Part shown: positions 1 to 9,612 of the stretch, in pieces
How positions within the stretch are numbered: the stretch's first letter is position 1
How the letters are laid out: the number at the start of each line of letters is the position of its first letter
Assembly: GCF_004010195.1 (NCBI RefSeq)
Contig: NC_057719.1
Location: 80,240,709-80,271,477 of the forward strand
Length of the DNA: 30,769 bases
Direction: 5' to 3'
DNA from: Chiloscyllium plagiosum
Taxonomy: Eukaryota
Position numbers and translations under genes: made by a program
The notes under the pieces: model-generated
Told to the model about the DNA's origin: nothing
The model's input: only the letters and a program-made list of their open reading frames with translations
Databases searched by the model: none

Positions 1-325
1 ATTAATGTGTTGGATTGGAAAAGAGCCCAGCGTTAGTGTGTTGACGAAGTACAAAATGGAGGGGTAAGTTATCAAAAGAAAAAGGAATGTGATTTAATGG
101 CAAGATAGGCTAGGCAAAAAACATTGATGGGCTGAATGTGTTATAACTATTTTACAAATCTTCCTTCTACTTTGATTGATCTCTTTACCTTAATCCTTAC
201 TCACCTCTCTCGACAGTTTCAGAATGTTTAGGTGGTGTCTTTGAATCACTACAGTGTGGAAGTGGGCCATTCGGCTGATCGGTTCCATATATTTCCTCCT
301 TACCATGGGCGGCACGGTTGCTCAT

Positions 326-629
326 GAGCGGCACGGTGGCTCAGTGGTTAGCACTGCTGCCTCACAGTGCCAGGGACCCAGGGTTTGATTCCAGCCCCGG
401 GCGACTGTCTGTGTGGAGTTTGCACATCCTCCCCGTGTCTGTGTGAGTCCGCTCCGAGTGTTTTTCTTCCCACAATCTAAAGATGTGCAGGTCAGGTGAA
501 TTGGCCATGATAAATTGCCCATAGTGTTAGGTGCATTAGTCAGGGGTAAATACAGGGTAGGGGAATGGGTCTGGATAGGTTATTCTTCGGAGGGTCGGTG
601 TGGACTTGTTGGGCGGAAGGGAATCTAGT
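326..629 (+). mobile_element. HE1-type tRNA-derived V-SINE
   Basis: tRNA-like head with A box (GGTGGCTCAGTGG) and B box (GGTTTGATTCC), V-domain (TGTCTGTGTGGAGTTTGCACAT...), and a tail matching the other copies in the window. Preceded by a 19-bp duplication of its own 5' end (307-325). Confidence 0.9.
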
Positions 630-821
630 CTACCCTATCCCTGTAACCCTGCATTTCCCATAGCCAATCCACCTAATCTGCACATTTTTGGACTACAGGA
701 GGAAACCAGAGCACCAGGAGGAATGTGCAAACTCTACACAGACAGTTACCTGAGGCTGGAATCAAACCCAGGTCCCTGTTGCTGTGAGGCTGCAGTTCTA
801 ACCACTAAGCCACCGTGCTGC
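630..821 (-). mobile_element. HE1-type SINE, 3'-truncated, inverted against the preceding copy
   Basis: Reverse complement reads GCAGCACGGTGGCTTAGTGGTTAGAACTGCAGCCTCACAGC...GGTTTGATTCCAGCC...TGTCTGTGTAGAGTTTGCACATT. Confidence 0.88.
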
Positions 822-852
822 TCTGAATGCAGGTAAGCACTCATGTAAGACA

Positions 853-1118
853 GGGAGACAGTGAGGTCTGCAGATGCTGGAGATCAGAGTTGAGAATGTG
901 TAGCTGGAAAAGCACAGTGGGTAAGGCAGCATCTGAGGAGCAGGAAAATCGACGTTTCGGGCATAAGCCTGAAGAAGGGCTTATGCCCGAAACGTCGATT
1001 CTCCTGTTCCCTGGATGCTGCCTGACCTACTGCGCTTTTCCTGAATATTTAGGTTGATTTTTCTGCTCCTTGGATACTGCCTGACCTGCTGTAAGTTTGC
1101 AGCAATACTGCCTCAACT
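853..1118. mobile_element. Fold-back non-autonomous Penelope-derived element with hammerhead core and an extra 3' arm copy
   Basis: Self-complementary arms (GAAAAGCACAG...GGCAGCATC...AATCGACGTTTCGGGCATAAGCC / GGGCTTATGCCCGAAACGTCGATT...GATGCTGCC...CTTTTCC). Flanking direct repeat CTCATGTAAGACA (840-852) / CTTATGTAAGACA (1119-1131). Confidence 0.8.
969..996 (+). ncRNA. Minimal type I hammerhead ribozyme core (candidate)
   Basis: CTGAAGA-A-GGGC-TTAT-GCCC-GAAAC-GTC: both conserved boxes, a perfect 4-bp stem II and a GUC triplet. The 5' strand of stem I is lost at the palindrome centre. Confidence 0.6.
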
Positions 1119-1159
1119 CTTATGTAAGACACCTAATAGCAGCAGCAAGGTTAGGGAAA

Positions 1160-1656
1160 TGGTCTCCTTCTTATTGGAAGGATGTTGTGAAACTTGAAAG
1201 GGTTCAGAAAAGATTTGCAAGGATATTGCCAGGGTTGGTGGGATTGAGCTATAGGGAGAGGCTGAATAGTCTGGGGCTGTTTTCCATGGAGTGTCAGAGG
1301 CTGAGTGAGGGGTGACCTTATAGAAGTTTATAAAATCATGAAGGGCATGGATAGGATAAATAGACAAAGTCCTTTCCCTGGGGTGGGGGAGTGCAGAACT
1401 AGAGGGCATAAGTTGAGGGGAAAGATATAAAATAGATCTAAGGGACAAGTTTTTCACGCAGAGGATGGTGTCTGTGTGGAATGGTCTGCCAGAGGAAGTG
1501 GTGGAGGCTGGTACATTTAAAAGGCAGCTGGATAGGTATATGAATAGGAAGGGTTTGGAGGGATGTGGGCCAGGTGCTGGCAAGTGGGACTAGATTGGGT
1601 TGAGATATCTGATCGAAGGGTCTGTTTCCATGCCATACATCTCTATGACTCTATGA
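1160..1656 (+). mobile_element. CR1/HER1-type LINE 3' fragment
   Basis: WSPSYWKDVVKLERVQKRFARILPGL... (CR1 ORF2 C-terminus), then a 3' UTR ending in CTCTATGA repeats. Confidence 0.92.
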
Positions 1657-2049
1657 AATGGGAACACAAATGATAGCTCCAGCTGAAAAGTTGTTCTCAG
1701 CAATAGCAGAAGAGGGTAAAGCATTTATCTAGGAAACTGTGCAAAGCAAGCAATATTGAGTTGGCCACCCATCAGATACCCAGTTTGACAATCATTTGTA
1801 TTGGGACCAATTGATACTATTAGCAATGATCCAATAATTCTCTCTCTCGCTCTATGTCTTAAGATTTATTTTGTGCTCTAAGTAGTTTAAGGTTAGTTCA
1901 ATATTTAATTTGTGCTTCTTGCTTTTCCCTGGGAGTGACCTAAGTTGTTTTTATCTCTTACCAAACTCAGAAAAGGTATTCACATAGTGAGACCCTGTGT
2001 GGTAACAGTTCCTCAATATCTCAGGACATCTTTACAGGATGTGTTCAAC

Positions 2050-2298
2050 TGATGTTAGTATTTGTACTGCTGTCTGGGAAGGACATTTCTGCACACAAAT
2101 GGGCTGCCTTATTTCTTTAAAACCTGTTTCACTGGCTACAGAGTACAATGGGGCATTTTGAAGTCAGAATAGATCCTATGGAAATGCATGTCGAGAGTGT
2201 GGTGCTGGAAAAGCACAGCAGGTCAGGCAGCATCCGAGGAGCAGGAGAATTGATGTTTGAGGCAAAATCTCTTCATCAGGAAATGTATATCTTTCTTG
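2050..2298 (+). mobile_element. Degraded DeuSINE (SacSINE1/AmnSINE1-like) 3' part, interrupted by a Penelope-derived insertion
   Basis: ...CTGCACACAAATGGGCTGCCTTATTTC...CACTGGCTACAGAGTAC...GAAATGCATGTC/TTTCTT resembles the 3' tail of the other DeuSINE copies in the window. Confidence 0.5.
2193..2278 (-). mobile_element. Single-arm Penelope-derived short element with degenerate hammerhead
   Basis: Same sequence as the fold-back arms. The minus strand reads CTGATGAAGAGATTTTGCCTCAAACATC. Flanking repeat GGAAATGCATGTC (2180-2192) / GGAAATGTATATC (2279-2291), partly overlapping the element ends. Confidence 0.75.
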
Positions 2299-3233
2299 CT
2301 AGCTGCTGTATTATATCAGCTGAATGACGTCAGTGATCCTATCATCAGCTTTGGCTGGAGGTTTTCTGAAGACGTCAATCGATGCAGGCCAATATTTCAT
2401 TATTGCAGACAGTGTATATATTTGTTCTAAGAACCCTCAATTCCATTCCTAAGCATGTATAAAGGATATCCATGGCCTGGATACTGCAGCTGATCCTGTT
2501 GGAATCTGGCGTAGGCCTCCGTCTCCCGGCAACAGGATCTCCTCAGTTGATGTGGCTGGAAGGGTCAAAAACTGGAAGCAGGTCACACTCTTTGCACCAA
2601 AGTTGAATGGTTAATTTGTGCCTTGTTCTCACATAATGTCTCGAGTCAACACCTAATAAAAGATTGTCAGCTATACAATTGATTTTAAAATCAATTACCT
2701 GGCTGAAGCCACTAATTTTTGAGCAATTACCTTCCCTCCCATAAACTTTTAAATCAAGCCGGTAGCCGAGGTGCAGTGAGAATAAAAACGTAACCACGTT
2801 TTGCCCCCTTTGGGGGACTCTCATATATCAAGGAGAAAACTGGGCAAATCTTGGGCTGCTAACCTTCCATGACTATGCTGCAATCACTGAGAGTCATAGC
2901 ATATTTTAGGGCTGTTTATTTATTTTCTTCGAAGTTTGCTTCTTGGTTACAAAAGTATCAGAAACAGCAGAATGACAGACAGAAACGGTACAATAGTCAC
3001 ACGACACCAGGTTGTGGTCCAACAGGTTTATTTGAAATCACACAAGCTTTCAGAGTGCTCCTTTGTCAGGCGGAGTGAAGAGAAGCACACAGGTACAGAA
3101 TTTATAGGCAGAGAGATCAAAAGATCATACAAGTGGTCTGAGTGGAGTGTTGACAGGCTGAACAATATGTCTCTGCAGGTGGTGAAAAGTGTCAGATGGT
3201 GTGAGTAAAGTGTCAACAGCGGGATAGCAATTT

Positions 3234-3599
3234 CGACATGAATATACCATCATGGTGGGAGCAGCGTCCACCACGTATACTCACGTGACTCAGCCAATGT
3301 TGTTTATCTCATACTTTGCAGGCCAGAATGCACGGTGTATTGGAGAGACCGTGCAGATGCTACGACAATGGATGAATGGACGCCATGCAGGAACCGGCAG
3401 ACAGGAATGTTCCCTTCTAATTGGGGAATACTTCAGTGGTCATGGACATTCAGCCTCCAATCTTTGAGTAAGCGTCCTCCAAGGTGGCCTTCGAGATGCA
3501 CAACAATGCAGAATCATTGAGCAGGAGCTGATTGACAGTTTCCGTACCCATGAAGACAGCCTCAACTGTGATCTTGGGTTTATGTCACAATACATGTAG
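3234..3599 (+). pseudogene. GIY-YIG endonuclease remnant of the Penelope-like element
   Basis: DSANVVYLILCR / (frameshift) CIGETVQMLRQWMNGRH...GEYFSGHGHSASNL*VSVLQGGLRDAQQCRIIEQELIDSFRTHEDSLNCDLGFMSQYM*. Shows the VVY/(Y)IG motifs and the terminal LN motif of PLE endonucleases. Confidence 0.88.
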
Positions 3600-3928
3600 C
3601 CACATCATACTGTTCTGTGTCTGTAAACCCTTCCTTACTGTTCTGTTTTAACACCATCACCTTGATAATGTGTTATGATCTCTGTACCTTAATTAGTTTG
3701 TACAGTTTTGGATTACTTGTTACTTTGGCTAGACCCTCGGCATGTGACTCTTATAGCTATCATGTTGCCGTTTGGTTTGTCTCCAGCACCACCTCTTTTA
3801 AGATTTTTTGTAGTTATCTCTCTGCCTCAATTAATCGGATTATAGATCACCCCTTCACTTGCTATTCAGCTATTGATGCTTTACTCACACTGTCTGCCAT
3901 TTTTGATCACCTGCAGAGACTTATTGTC

Positions 3929-4292
3929 CACAGAATCATAGAATCCATATAGTGTGGAAACAGGCCATTTGGCCCAACAAGTCCACACTGACCCTCCAAG
4001 CAGTATCCCACCCAGACCCATTCCCCTACCCTATTACTCTACATTTCCCCCTGACTAATGCACCTAACCTGCTCATTCCTGAACACGATGGGCAATTTAG
4101 CATGGTCAATCCACCTAATCTGCACATCTTTGTGCTGTGGAAGGAAACCGGAGCACCCCGGAAGAAACCCGTGCAGACACGGTGAGAATGTGCAAACTCT
4201 ACACAGACAGTCCTAGAGTCATAGAGAGAAGATGGAATCAAACCCGGGTGCCTAGCACAGTGAGGCAGCAATGCTAACCACTGAGCCACCGT
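3929..4292 (-). mobile_element. HE1-type SINE inserted in the Penelope 3' UTR
   Basis: Near full-length reverse copy. The Penelope sequence resumes seamlessly across it (GAGACTTATTGT | TCAGCCTGT). Confidence 0.92.
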
Positions 4293-4385
4293 TCAGCCTG
4301 TGGGCACTCCACTCACACCATTTGTATGATCTTTTCATATCCCTGTCTTTAAATTCAGTGCCTGTCCTGTGCGCTTCTTTTCATT

Positions 4386-4422
4386 TCACCTGATGAAGGG
4401 GCAGTGCTCCAAAAGCTTGTGA
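4386..4422 (+). ncRNA. Minimal hammerhead ribozyme motif, probably inactivated
   Basis: TCAC-CTGATGA-A-GGGGC-AGT-GCTCC-AAAAG-CTT-GTGA. Stem I (TCAC/GTGA) and a 5-bp stem II are present, but GAAA has changed to AAAA, consistent with CpG decay. Confidence 0.65.
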
Positions 4423-4887
4423 TTTCAAATAAACCTGTTGGATTATAACCTGGTGTCATGTGCCTTCTGACCTTGTCCACCCACCCCACTCCAACATCAT
4501 GACATTTTCCAATAGGCTTTGGAAGCTGAAATAATGCATGGGACAAGAATGTCAGGTAACCAGTTATGGAACTTGACGGTTTGGGTTGGGAGGTCATGCA
4601 ATGAAACATCCAGAGGTTTGCCCGGTCACAGCTGGCAGAAAGTACATTGTATTGGTTTGGAATCTGGAATTCTGGGTCTTACATTAGGATGTTAAAAGTG
4701 TGGCTTAGTTGTTTTATCTGTAAAAGTTCACCTATCTGGATATTTGTACCGGGTTTCTGCAAATATTTAGCACCAGATTTCTGATCAATCCCTCCTTTCA
4801 GTTTATGCTTGGCATCTCTGTGGCTCTGATCCCTTTCCTTACTTTTTCTTATTTCACAGGATATGGTGCCAATCATCCTGCGTCCAA

Positions 4888-5072
4888 TCATGTGTCTGCT
4901 TTGTCCTGGATGGCATAAAGCTTCTTGAGTGTGGTTGGAGCTGCACCCATCGAGGCAAGAAGGGAGTATTCCATCACACTCCTGACTTGTCCCTTGTAGA
5001 TGGTGGACAGGCTTTGGGGAGTCAGGAGGTGTGTTACTCGCCGCAGGATTCCTGGCCTCTGATCTGCCCTTG
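4888..5072 (-). mobile_element. Non-LTR retrotransposon ORF2 fragment (post-RT region, CR1/L2-group family distinct from HER1)
   Basis: RPGILRRVTHLLTPQSLSTIYKGQVRSVMEYSLLASMGAAPTTLKKLYAIQDKA fits the post-RT LxxLYKxxVRPxLEYxxxxW...LxxIQxRA pattern. Confidence 0.8.
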
Positions 5073-5280
5073 TAGTGTGTGGAATGACATCCTGAGGAAG
5101 TGTAGATGCAGGTACAATTACAAAACTTAGAAGTTTGGATAAGTTCATGAATCGGAAATGTTTGGAGGGATATGGGCCAAATATGGACAGACGTGTCTAG
5201 TTTAGTTTAGGAACATGGTTGGCATGGACTGGTCAGACTGAAGGGTCTGTTTCTGTGCTATGTGACGCTATGACTCTATG
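5073..5280 (+). mobile_element. CR1/HER1 3' end fragment
   Basis: GTGTGTGGAATGA...GGAGGGATATGGGCC...GAAGGGTCTGTTTCTGTGCT...CTATGACTCTATG. Confidence 0.85.
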
Positions 5281-5401
5281 GTTGGGCCTAGGACATAGTA
5301 CTTCAGATGTTAGATCAAGAGTCTTCAGAAGGGATAGTCTCAGACTGTATCACTAATTTTTAGAAGTCTCAGAATGTGAGACTATGATATTTATGACTAT
5401 A

Positions 5402-5756
5402 CATATGAAAGATGTAAATTGGAGCAGGAGTAGGCCATTCAGCCCCTCGAGATTGCTTTGCCAGTTTATAAAGCAATGGCTGGTCTGATTGAAGCCTCAA
5501 GTCCACTTCCTTGCCTCTCTCTTATATGGTCTCACTGCATTATTAGTCAAGAATCTAGCTAAGCCTGAACAATACGCAATGGTCTTCAGTACCCTGACTC
5601 TTGACTGTCTAAGGGAAACATATTCTCTTCATCTCCATCTTAAATGAAAGGTCCCTCATTATCAAACTGTGTCCCTTAGATCTCACCTGTCCCATGAGGG
5701 GAAACACCATTTCAGCATCAACTTTGTCAAGTCGCCTCAGGATTTTATATTGAATT
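5402..5756 (-). mobile_element. Old CR1 3' end fragment
   Basis: GGAGCAGGAGTAGGCCATTCAGCCCCTCGAG tail signature, the reverse counterpart of the 3' end at about 11525-11555. Confidence 0.75.
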
Positions 5757-6627
5757 ACATTGTTAGTTATGAGGATTTCTGTGAGGTGTCTTAGTGGAAA
5801 TCAGCTTTGTGTTGATTCACGGAGAGTTTCTCTCAGCGAGGCCCAGTGAGTCTTTTGTGCTATCATCTCAAGCTTTCCTCATTTGCTTTGAACCAAGCCC
5901 CACTGACCTCCCAGTCATTCTGTTTTTTGACTTGCCCTAAGCATATGTTCTGGAAATTGCCATGATATCCTGGGATTCCTAGCACCAGCACCATCTTTGA
6001 AGTACAGCTGTGTACCCAGTCAAGTGTTAGCAGTTCAGAGATACCCTTCACTGTGTACATGATGGGAGAGCAACTTCAAATCCAATGCTTCTCAGGTACA
6101 TAGGTGGCATGGTTGTCACTTCACATCCAGGCTCCCAGTCTCACTGTTTGAGTGCCAAGATGCAACATTAGTTGACCCATCCTTAGCCTCCTCTCACCTT
6201 ACAACCTTGCCAAAGTCAATGCCACCCTTTACAATGTAATCAGTGTAGCCCAGCATCTTCTCGTTGTTCAATGTGGGGCAATCACATACAGGGAAATCTT
6301 CAAGTAGCTCAAGGCGTTCAATTTTATTCAGTAACAGCAAGATTGAACCACTAGCAAACAGAAGCTGCATTAGTCTCTTGGAACAGCAATGACTGTGGCC
6401 TTTGACCACTGGCTAGTTTACAGTCAGTGAGTGATCACTGCAGCCAACTCTGATCAACTGGAACCAGGTAGCAATTAAGCCCTGTCTAGCTAGTAGTGCC
6501 TGATGCTTCTGAACTCTTTCATATAAATGGTGGTGTACTTAATATCCTGGTCTCCCAGCTCCTCAGTATTCAACATCCTCCTCTTTGCCTGGCCCAGTTG
6601 TGCAGAGTACACCATGCAAGAATTATG

Positions 6628-6820
6628 CTGAAAAATGTGTTGCTGGAAAAGCGCAGCAGGTCAGGCAGCATCCAAGGAGCAGGAGAATCAACATTTCGGG
6701 CATAAGCGCTTCTGAAGAAACGTCGATTCTTCTGCTCCTTGGATGCTGCCTGACCTGCTGTGCTTTTCCAGCAACACATTTTTCAGCTCTTATCTCCAGC
6801 ATCTGCAGTCCTCACTTTCT
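6628..6820. mobile_element. Fold-back Penelope-derived element with a perfect 16-bp TSD
   Basis: Self-complementary arms. CCATGCAAGAATTATG occurs at 6612-6627 and 6821-6836. The central hammerhead region is partly deleted. Confidence 0.88.
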
Positions 6821-7092
6821 CCATGCAAGAATTATGTGGCACACTATGTCTGGAATGCACACTGCTTTTCCCTGTTCCCCAAATGATCCAAGCACTGAAA
6901 TCTCTTCTTCAGGAGACCTAACGTCTGCTCCATGATGGCCCTGATTAAGAGATGTGCTGTGTTATATTTACACTTGGCTTCACTCAGGGAGTTATGTAAC
7001 AGGATCATCAGCTATGGTCGCCGAGGATAACCTTTGTCTCCCAATTCCCAGCCTTGCAAGTCATCGAGCCCTTGAAATGAAGTAGGAGTCTG

Positions 7093-7315
7093 AGAGTCAT
7101 AGAGTATAGGATCATACAACATGGAAACAGATCCTTCAGTACAACTCCTATGTGTTGAACATAATCTCAAAACTGACCAGTCCCATCTGCCTACTCCTGT
7201 CCCTCTAAACCTTTCCTATTCATGTGCCTGTCCAAATGCCTTTTAAATGTTGTAACTGCACCTGCATCTACTACTTCGTCTAGGAGTTCATTTCACATAC
7301 GAACCACCCTGTGTG
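7093..7315 (-). mobile_element. CR1/HER1 3' end inserted into the Harbinger transposase
   Basis: AGAGTCATAGAG...ATGGAAACAGATCCTTC...CCCTCTAAACCTTTCCTATTCATG...AAATGCCTTTTAAATGTTG. Confidence 0.85.
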
Positions 7316-7694
7316 GAGTTCTCAACGTTATAGGCATCATTTGCAAAGTAAAATCTGGTCTGTGCTTTCTGTCAACCTGAGCCTGAAATTGGGAAGCTTT
7401 GAGTACTTTTTATAAATCTTTAAATTCTGTGATGACTCAGGGGATAGTTCAGGCTCAATTTCCAGTGTGCTACTCCAGTGAGGTGCAACATTAGGTGTTA
7501 CATCTGCAGCCTTCATCTTTATATGCCAACACTACAGTTTAAATCATGTCCATCATCGTACTGTACAGGTCCACCATCGAGACCACACTAGTAGCCATCG
7601 GATCCCCTATTGCCTCTCCTACATAGATGTTGAATTTCGACAGTACTCCATCAAGAGCATCCAGCTGGATTAAGTCTTTGGAACCCTGGTGTGG

Positions 7695-7750
7695 GATCCT
7701 GACCTTCTGAATCAGAAGTAAGTGTGTTACTAAATGAGCCAAGGCTGAAA
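7695..7750 (-). mobile_element. DeuSINE tRNA-like head fragment
   Basis: The reverse complement CAGCCTTGGCTCATTTAGTAACACACTTACTTCTGATTCAGAAGGTC resembles the heads at about 16640 and 25240. Confidence 0.5.
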
Positions 7751-8565
7751 TCCACATTTTAACACCGTATCTCATTAGCAGCAATGTTGCTAAATCTGCT
7801 TATATTATCTCTAATAATCAAAAGGCTTGCTTCCGGGTAATTCTCCAATGAGTCCCTCAAAGAGGTAATCATTGAGCCAATTTGCACATAAAGGTTCTTA
7901 CAAATCTATAATGAATTTTTAATAAAAAAAAATCAATCCTTCCTGTACTGGCATTACATTACTTTTCTGAGTGAGCTTTGCAACTTCATACTATGTAGTG
8001 CAGAATTTGGGAAGTGTTAATGTAGTGAATTCCGTGACTGTTCCACGGCAGTGGAGCAAACAAATGGTAGCTTGTGGCAGGGGATACAGGTTTGCCTTCT
8101 TCCTGGATAATTTGAATCTGTCTGTTCAGGAATGTTACTGCACATCTCTGAGCAGATGAGATTTGAACTCAGGCCGGACACTGCCTCTGCACCAGAAAAG
8201 CCCTTGCCATTCAGCCCTCCTTTCTATTCTTTTAAACAAAACATGAATCAAGTTAGCTATCCTCTGGTGGGGCGCTGTAACAAAATCTGATCAAATGGTC
8301 AACAGAACTGGAACAGAAACTTATCAAAATTAAGACGTTCAGGGTCTTAAAATTCAGGGTCTCTTCAGTACCCACTGGTCCCTAAAGAGAACCTGTCTTT
8401 GTTGTATCTCAGTTCCTATTTAGTTAACATGAGAATGAACCACTTGTGAAGCTTAAACGATAAGTGCCACTTGTCTCAAGTTACATTAGCTATACAGGTA
8501 TAGGCATAATGACAACAGCTAACAGGAGCCAGTCATAGTATGTCTGACCCCATCAGGATGTAGCA

Positions 8566-8985
8566 GGGTGAGGCAATAGCCTTGTGGTAGTATTAGAGTC
8601 ACAGAGTCATAGAGATGTACAGCATGGAAACAAACCCTTCAGTCTAACTTGTCCATGCCGGCCAGATATCCCAACCCAATCTAGTCCCTTGCTGGACCGT
8701 TAATCCAGAGACCCAGATAATGTTCTGGGGACATGGGTTCAAATCCTACCATGGCAAATGGTGGAATATGAGTCTAATGATGACACTAACCCATTATCGA
8801 TTGTTAGGAAAAACCCATCTAATTCACTAATGTTCTTTAGGGAAGGAAACTACTATCCTTACCTGGCCTGGCCTACACGTGACTCCAGACCCACAGCAAT
8901 GTGGTTGGCTCTTAAATGCCCTCTGTGCAATAAATGCTTCCTAGCCAGTGACACCCTCATCCCATGAATGAATAAAGAAAAAAGA
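8566..8985 (+). mobile_element. tRNA-derived SINE of a third family (central domain recalls the Meta-SINE domain), with a CR1 tail inserted at 8594-8688
   Basis: B box GGTTCAAATCC, central TTCACTAATGTTCTTTAGGGAAGGAAAC...CTGGCCTACACGTGACTCCAG, and a tail GCAATAAATGC...CATCCCATGAATGAATAAAG shared with the LINE tail at 27930-28105. Confidence 0.75.
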
Positions 8986-9098
8986 AATTCCTCAATTCTG
9001 TCCCCAGGCCTGTGTGATATAACCAGAACAGGTACAGCTTGATGTAATCTCCAACATTAATCCTTTCAGAACCATTTCCTTATATCACAATGACCGCT

Positions 9099-9352
9099 AA
9101 GAACTTGCATTTATATAGCACATTTTACATAGTAAGACATCGAGGCATATTATGATATGTTAGAATGGGTGACAAAAATCTTGATCAAAATTGAGGAATT
9201 TTGAGGAATGCCTTAGAAGAATAGAGAAAGGTAGAGAAGCAGAGACGTTTCAGGATAGAATTCCAGCATTTAGTTCCAGAATTAAGGCATGGCTGTCAGT
9301 AGCACTGAGAAGGAATTTGAGGGTACATCAGAGGCCAGAACTGGAAGAATGT
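9099..9352 (-). mobile_element. Old L2/CR1-group LINE 3' end sharing the DeuSINE tail
   Basis: AAGAACTTGCATTTATATAGCAC tail, like the DeuSINE 3' ends at 10825 and 10683, followed by degraded GATAGAATTCCAGCA...AAGGCATGGCTG. Confidence 0.55.
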
Positions 9353-9403
9353 AATTGGCCTATGTCCATGCAAAATAAGAGTCCCTCAGCCAACAACTGG
9401 GGA

Positions 9404-9612
9404 GACAAAAACAGAAAATGCTCAGCAGGTCTGGCAGCATCTTTAGAGAGGGAAACAAAGTTAGTCTCTCGGGTCTGAACGAGAGTTCTGGAGAAGAGTC
9501 ATATTGGACTTGAACGATTAACTCTGTTCGTCTCTCCACAGAATGCTTCCAGACCTACTGTGTCCCTCCAGCTCTTGCTGTTTTTATTTCAGAATTCCAG
9601 CATCTGCAGGAT
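9404..9612. mobile_element. Older fold-back Penelope-derived element with degenerate hammerhead
   Basis: Inverted arms around AGAGTT-CTGGAGA-AGAGTC-ATATTG-GACTT-GAACGATT-AACTCT. Stem I AGAGTT/AACTCT (9482-9487 / 9520-9525) is perfect. Confidence 0.7.

Larger units (their letters stand above)
2995..4501 (+). mobile_element. 5'-truncated Penelope-like retroelement with an inverted partial terminal repeat
   Basis: GIY-YIG remnant at 3234-3599 followed by a 3' UTR. 2995-3230 is the reverse complement of 3859-4465 once the HE1 insertion is removed. Hammerhead-like motifs occur in both arms. Confidence 0.88.
6576..7345 (-). pseudogene. Decayed PIF/Harbinger (HARBI1-like DDE) transposase, C-terminal half
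   Basis: Manual translation after removing two insertions: ..DAY..NS / SQTPTSFQGLDDLQGWELGDKGYPRRP*LMILLHNSLSEAKCKYNTAHLLIRAIMEQTLGLLKKRFQCLD...(frameshift) PDIVCHIILAWCTLHNWARQRG. Contains the GDxGY, YNxAH..R..IE..G.LK.RF and C.LHN motifs. Confidence 0.85.

Noticed and set aside
326..400. tRNA genes at A/B-box motifs (also near 11738 and 21475)
   Set aside because: Each continues into the HE1 V-domain and LINE-derived tail, so these are SINE heads and not tRNAs.
2970..4520. Target-site duplication around the large Penelope element
   Set aside because: Only a 6-bp CAATAG match that is offset from the 3' end, which is not convincing.
6628..6820. Fold-back elements as DNA-transposon MITEs or miRNA genes
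   Set aside because: Asymmetric arms, variable 12-16 bp TSDs, single-arm copies and hammerhead motifs fit Penelope-type retrotransposition better.
7539..7784. 81-aa minus-strand ORF with a protein-like C-terminal half
   Set aside because: Its first half is a SINE head. The rest has no motif I recognise and no convincing splice sites, and it does not resemble the Harbinger N-terminus.
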